Assembly: GCF_000315625.1 (NCBI RefSeq)
Contig: NW_005434592.1
Location: 73,447 to 137,446 of the forward strand
DNA length: 64,000 bases
Origin: Guillardia theta CCMP2712
Taxonomy: Eukaryota; Protista; Cryptophyta
Direction: 5' to 3'
The position numbers and the translations under genes are program-made. The notes beneath the pieces were generated by a model. That model saw only the letters and a program-made list of their open reading frames with translations. It did no database searches and was not told where the DNA came from. Below, in pieces: positions 58,624 through 64,000 of the stretch. Every line of letters begins with the position of its first letter. Within the stretch, counting starts at the first letter, position 1.

Positions 58624-59258
58624 TGTCAGAGCTCATAGGAACCGAGCCCGAGTCAGACAAAGGCCTATCAGGATGAAAGGACAGTTGGCTGTCTCGTACT
58701 CGTGTTCGAAGCTGACTTCTCCTGGATGACCCAGGATACTCTACTCCAGTGTGAAGCTGCTGAAAGGACCCCTGTGGAGGCCTTTGTTGCAGCAACCGTG
58801 TACCCGTGGGGGACTTACAAGGTAAACAGAAGGGGTGCGTCTTGTGCAGTACGACCCGTTGGAAGCAGCTTGCTGCCATGCAAGGACGGGGTTCTCTTCC
58901 CTGCGAGAGAGCATGGTATCCTCTCGAAGGTCAGAAGGGATGCTTGTCAACTTCCAAGAACAGGACACCCCTCCTTTCTGTAGCCAAGAGACGGCACCCC
59001 TGGCTCATTCCTCGAAGCTATAAAAGGATGAAACTCGTCAGAGCTAGGTGGTCCTCTTCCCCTTTCGTGTGTGTGTCACGATTGTTGAGACGTCTTTGTG
59101 TGTATCGTCTTGTCTTGTTTTGTGTGTGTGTGTGAAAGAAATAAAAGAGAGTTAGATCTCCTTCTGTTTCACCGCTTTCCCTCTTAGTAGAGAAATCCAA
59201 CGTGAGTTCTTATTGAACTGCGCTTGAAGGTCCACTCGAGAATCTTCGAGGTGTGACA
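58624..59258 (+). repeat. 3' LTR
   Basis: 635 bp, TGTCA...TGACA. Confidence 0.97.
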
Positions 59259-59324
59259 GAACTCTGCCTTGATCCCCGACGGCAACTCGTCGTTGTGGTC
59301 GCCTCCTCCACCGCTGATCAAATC

Positions 59325-59960
59325 TTACATCTTCACAGCTAACAAGTTCATTTTCTGAGGCGGTCTAGTGTCGATCTGATGTCTTTCACCAAAGAAACAA
59401 TCGTTGGTGTCAAAGATGATCCCGTCGAGCAGAGTCAGGAGAACAGCTGAAAGCAACGTGGTCGCCATAAGTTCCCAGCCAAACCCTTCAGCCACCGTCG
59501 TGCTGATGTTGACAATCAACCCGAGATTCAGAAGCACAAAGGCCCATGATAGCGCAACGAGAAGCAGAAGGGTAAGGCCCATGCATCGAAACGACCTCAT
59601 GCCATCTCGCAGAAGGGATCCGACCAAGACCACAACATAAATTTGGACTAACAGCATCACTTTGTCGTCAAATTGACGATCTCCCGTAGAAAGTCTGAGA
59701 TATCTAAGCTGTTGTTGTATGACGATAAGGTCGTTGCCATTGCTCAGTTGGTCAGACATTGTAGAAATCATGACTCTCAATTGCACGCCAGAACTGTATG
59801 CAGAAAAGAGCAAGGCGCCGAGACGAGTGGGCTTGTAGGCAAACCTAAGAAGGGGCATCGTATGATATCTTATCACAGTTGTACCTACGAACAATGAAAG
59901 TAAGGCAGGGTATGCGGGAAAAGACGAAAGGAGACAGAAAAACTTAATGAGTCGATGCAA
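59325..59960 (-). CDS. Hypothetical multi-pass membrane protein
   Basis: 211-aa ORF with several hydrophobic segments; may include short in-frame introns. Confidence 0.45.
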   Translation of the reverse strand: MHRLIKFFCLLSSFPAYPALLSLFVGTTVIRYHTMPLLRFAYKPTRLGALLFSAYSSGVQLRVMISTMSDQLSNGNDLIVIQQQLRYLRLSTGDRQFDDKVMLLVQIYVVVLVGSLLRDGMRSFRCMGLTLLLLVALSWAFVLLNLGLIVNISTTVAEGFGWELMATTLLSAVLLTLLDGIIFDTNDCFFGERHQIDTRPPQKMNLLAVKM

Positions 59961-59991
59961 GTAAAATGGCGGAAAGGATGCTGGTTAGCAG

Positions 59992-60024
<33 letters not shown>

Positions 60025-60303
60025 TCAGGAGCAGGAGCAGGAGAAGGAGAAGGAGCAGGAGCAGGAGAAGGAGCAGGAGCAGGAGCAGGAGCAGGATCAG
60101 GAGCAGGAGCAGGAGAAGGAGCAGGAGCAGGAGCAGGAGCAGGATCAGGAGCAACACTGGCCAGGAGCAGGACCAGGACCAGGAGCAGGAGCAGGATCAG
60201 GAGCAACACCAGGACCAGGACCAGGACCAGGACCAGGACCAGGACCAGGACCAGGACCAGGACCAGGACCAGGAGCAACACCAGGACCAGGACCAGGACC
60301 AGG
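59992..60303 (+). repeat. Compound (CAGGAG)n/(CAGGAC)n microsatellite
   Basis: Hexamer array with variant units. Confidence 0.95.
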
Positions 60304-61556
60304 CAGAATCAGCAGCTGCTGCTCCGTAGGCTGCTGGAGCAGTCCGGATCATATTATTTTATGTATCCGATTTTCGGGATGTACCAGAGTTTATAGATGT
60401 TTATGTTGTATAATTAAATTTCCTATAAATTTTGCGCCATCCAATTATCATGTCAGTAGTCCTTCAGTCTAGCGACGGTCGGGCTCGAAAGGACCTGACC
60501 CGGTACCCTCCGACCGCACTCCTCTGGCCCACCCCCCTACCCCCTAATGACCATATCTAGCGGCTTGAGGTGACTAAGTGTGACGGGTACCTAGGACCGT
60601 CCCGGTACCTCATAGGCTTTGAGTTCGAACGTGAAAGTTGCGGAAAATGGGGGGTGGGGTGACCCCAGGCCGCTGCCAGCCTGGAAGATACTAGGTGGGT
60701 GGGGTCACTGGCATGTCAGACAAGGGGTGGGGTATTCCTGAAAGTTGACTCTTTCTATCTGGGATACCCCTGGTAGGGTCCGTTCGGGTGCCGTATCAAA
60801 GTCGAGGGGGTGGGGTAGTTATCCCTTTTCTTGTCAAACAAAATGGAGGGATGCTCATGCCATGGGTGGGGTGGTCTATTTTAAACTTTAGAGGGGTGAT
60901 TTCCATAGGTAAATTGAGGTAATCATAGGGGTACTAAAAGATTGAGGGGTAGGGAAAAGCGAACGATCCATAGAGCGTCACAGGTACAGAACCGGTTGAA
61001 GGGGGGTGGGGTAGCAGTTTCACTGCCGCCGGTCAGAATGGCGACTAGGATCGGAAGTAAAGTATAGCGACAGGGAGTGAGAGTGAAGCGAGGCATGAAA
61101 GGATAGGCAGATAGCAAGAAGAGGATGTGCTTATGGCTCGCCGTGAAAGAAGGGAGATTGTGAAGATTGGTGGAAGAAACAAATGAAAAGGATAAGAGCA
61201 AGAAACGAAGCGAGGTTCGAATAAGTTTCAGAGTCATGGGGAAGCGCAAAGTGTGGTGGGATCTGCTGAAATCGATGCCGCATGAGACAGAAAGCGATTT
61301 GGGAAAAGTTTCACTCGAGTGGATGTAACATGATTTTGACGTGAACGAGAATGAGAGGACTGGTTGAACAATTTGAAAGTGAAGAACAGCACCACCTGAG
61401 ACTTATTGCGCTTCACTCCGCGAATAGTCTAGTTACGATTTCTTGTCCGATACCTCAGTTTAATGTAACACTGTCACAAGTTCACCCTTGAACAGCAGTG
61501 TCGGAACTCACATGTGCTCATGATTTGTGCAGGCGGTTCTTTGACGGGCTCGCAGG

Positions 61557-62285
61557 ATGGCATTGGATGAGATCAGCGCTGCCGCGAAGCATGCGCTTCA
61601 TGAGTTCAATCATACGAGATCCGCGAGCATGAACAACGTGATCGGTGGGATGGAGACGATCGGGGATCTGGTGGTGGATGTTTGCGATGACCATGTTTAC
61701 TTGAGCGCGGAGTCGCTGGAGGAGCTCGAATCGTCTGGAAGGCAGAAATTCAGCGAGGTCGCTCAGTTGCCCTCGCATCTGTTCGGCATCCGAGACGTGA
61801 GGTTGAGCTCCTTGATCCTCCCTGTCCTTGCAAGCTGACGAGGATCTTGTTGTGGCAATGCAGGTACTCCGATTTCGCGAAGCTGCGGCAATGCAAGCTT
61901 CTTCAAGCACCGCGCCATGGACAGCTCTCTGGACGATCGGAACAACATCTCGAAGCAGATCTCAGCTCTGATATCGGAGCTGGAGGAGCAGAAGAAGGCA
62001 AACAGGCGCTTGCTGGTGAGGTGACCAGGGAGGAGGAGAGCGGGCAGTGAGTGGGGATGCAGGATTCCTTCGAGCTGTTGAAGAGCTCGGCTATCAACAG
62101 ATTGTTTGAGAACGAGGAGAAGGACGGAGCAGCGGAAGCGATCATCAAGTCGCAGGAGAGCCGGATCGCCGAGCTCAAGTCAGAGCTGGAGAGGTGCAGG
62201 TTGGAGGTGCAGGCAGGGAGAATTCGCATCCAGACCTTGGAAGGTGACCTTGCTCTCCTCCTCCTCCTCCTCCTCCTCCTCCTCC

Positions 62286-62323
<38 letters not shown>

Positions 62324-62336
62324 GTCGTCGTCGTCG

Positions 62337-62385
<49 letters not shown>

Positions 62386-62912
62386 TCCTTTCCCTCCCTC
62401 CCTCCCTCCCTCCCTCCCTCCCTCCCTCCCTCCCTCCCTCCCTCCCTTGATCCTCATCCTCTCTAACAACAACTCCCTCTCCTCCCTCCGCAGACTTGGT
62501 CGTGGAGGCTCAAGCGGAAATCAAGAGGAAGGAGGAAGTCAAGGGAGACAAGAAGTCTCCTAGGGCGCACGAGCACCTGTTCCCGGGCCCCGGCCATTCC
62601 CTCTCCTTTCAATTCCCCCGGGCCACTAGCCTGAGCAGGCTGGAGCAGGACGGCTGGGCGCTGGCAAATACGGCTGCCTCCCCTCCCACTTCCACCCCCC
62701 TGATGTCGGCGGAGGATCGGTGGGCGCTGGAGAGAGCTCGGCTCCTTGACGAGCTGGCGGACACGAAGCTGGCTCTTGCCAAGCTGACGGAGGACTGCAA
62801 CCTGTCTGCGCAGATGACGCCGAAAGGCTCGTCGGAGAAGTACAACGGGGCCAGCGAATCCCATCACAATGACCAACATCATGCAGAAGTATCTCACCTC
62901 TCGTTGAGCTAG
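61557..62912 (+). CDS. Multi-exon coiled-coil protein, hypothetical
   Basis: Exons ISKQISALISELEEQKKANRRLL / ESRIAELKSELERCRLEVQ / LERARLLDELADTKLALAKL joined by GT-AG introns. Ends are uncertain. Confidence 0.55.
62253..62445 (+). repeat. Intronic compound microsatellite (CCT)n(CAT)n(CGT)n(CAT)n(CCCT)n
   Basis: Directly visible. Confidence 0.92.
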
Positions 62913-63052
62913 CAGTAGCAGTAGGAGGAGAGTGAAGGTGACTGGGTGGGAACGAAACAAAATCGAGAATCTTGTACAAACAACCGGAAGTTTCAGCAGC
63001 TAACCCTCTCCCCCACAAGCACGACAGGCCTGCCAGGAGGAGGCCGCGTTGA

Positions 63053-64000
63053 TCATTCGCAATCCTCCGCCTTGAGCAGGTGAGGCTTCAGCAGCTTCAT
63101 CATCTGGAACGAGTCGAAAGGCTTGTTCCCAAACACCTTCGCCAGCCCGCTGCGATATCGAGTGAGGCAGGGAGAGATCGACGCAGAATGTGAGCAGGCA
63201 GGAGAGGCAAGGGTGTGCGAAGGAAGCGAAGAAAGAGAGGGAAGGAGAAGAGGAGTTCGGGAGGAAGGGGGGGAAGTTGTGAAAGGAAGGGAGGGAGCAG
63301 AAGGAGGCGGGGGGAGGGAGGAAGGGAAGGGGGAGGGAGGAAGTGACTTACTCGTCCGGAAGGATCTGTCTCCTGTTCTTGGGATTCTGACGATCCTTCT
63401 CCTTGATGTAGTCCCACAGCTGCTTCACGACCTGCGAGCTCGACTTCAGCTCCTTTCTACCTTCCTGCCCCGATCTCTCCCTCTCCCTCTCCCTCTCCCC
63501 TCTCTTCCTCCCCTCCCCCTCCACCTCTCCCTCCCCTCCCCTCCTCCCTCCTCCCTCCTCCCTCTCCCCTCTCCCCTCTCCCCTCTCCTTCCTCCCCCCG
63601 TCCTCCCTCTTTACCCTATCCCTGTCTCTCTGCAGAACCTCACCACCTCTGCACCATTACCTCCTCTTTCAACTCTCCCCTCCTCGTTGCGACTATCTCT
63701 CATCCTCCTTGAGTAGTACACCACTCATCTGCTTCCCTCATCGCTCTCTCCCACCTGTCCGCGCGGCAGCTCGTCTGCTCCCAGCAACGTGCCGAGGTCC
63801 TCCGACAGTCTGACAGGCTTCTGGAAGCCAGTCTGCTTGCCCGTCTTGCTCTTCTTCGGCTGTGCTGGGCTCTTTGCTGCTCCTGATGCTGTAGAGACAG
63901 TAAGAAGAGAGGAGGAAACGGACGGGAAAAGAGGAGAAGAGAGGAGAGGAGAGGGGGACACGGAAGAGGAGCGTGAGGGGTGCGGGTGAAGGCAGGAAGC
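63053..64000 (-). CDS. SWIB/MDM2-domain protein, 3' part (5' end beyond the window)
   Basis: Spliced GFQKPVRLSEDLGTLLGADELPRGQ/VVKQLWDYIKEKDRQNPKNRRQILPD/.LAKVFGNKPFDSFQMMKLLKPHL is a canonical SWIB domain. Confidence 0.9.

Larger units (their letters stand above)
52725..59258 (+). mobile_element. Full-length Ty3/Gypsy chromovirus LTR retrotransposon
   Basis: 635-bp LTRs with TGTCA...TGACA ends, TSD GAACT (52720-52724, 59259-59263), PBS, PPT and an intact gag-pol ORF. Confidence 0.98.

Noticed and set aside
61863-61895. PX-domain-like RYSDFAKLR motif
   Set aside because: Another frame gives a coherent coiled-coil exon that splices to the next exon, and no other PX features are present.

Overview
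Eukaryotic nuclear DNA. It is gene-dense, with many ~50-nt introns, introns swollen by simple repeats, and spliceosomal snRNA genes. Gene style suggests a cryptophyte alga such as Guillardia or Hanusia (inference only). Main contents: (1) three U5 snRNA genes that look identical by eye, each with a conserved element at about -68; (2) a ~3,050-aa type-I surface protein gene (32181-41515, minus) and the 3' end of an inverted paralog (<1-1925, plus). The two share a near-identical EGF/ZU5-HFS ectodomain but have unrelated TM and cytoplasmic tails, and each ends tail-to-tail with a U5 gene. (3) An intact, very young chromodomain Ty3/Gypsy retrotransposon (52725-59258), an internally deleted LTR element (51768-52188) and a Tourist/PIF-type MITE (42251-42631). 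(4) Ordinary genes: cyclin P/U, SLC35F, a nucleotide-sugar transporter, a two-TOG-domain protein, a Rieske protein, a SWIB-domain protein, a VTT/DedA-like membrane protein and several hypotheticals. Intergenic DNA repeatedly pairs ACCCC/GGGGT-rich blocks with CCGG-rich blocks. All calls were made by eye, and the boundaries of spliced genes are approximate.
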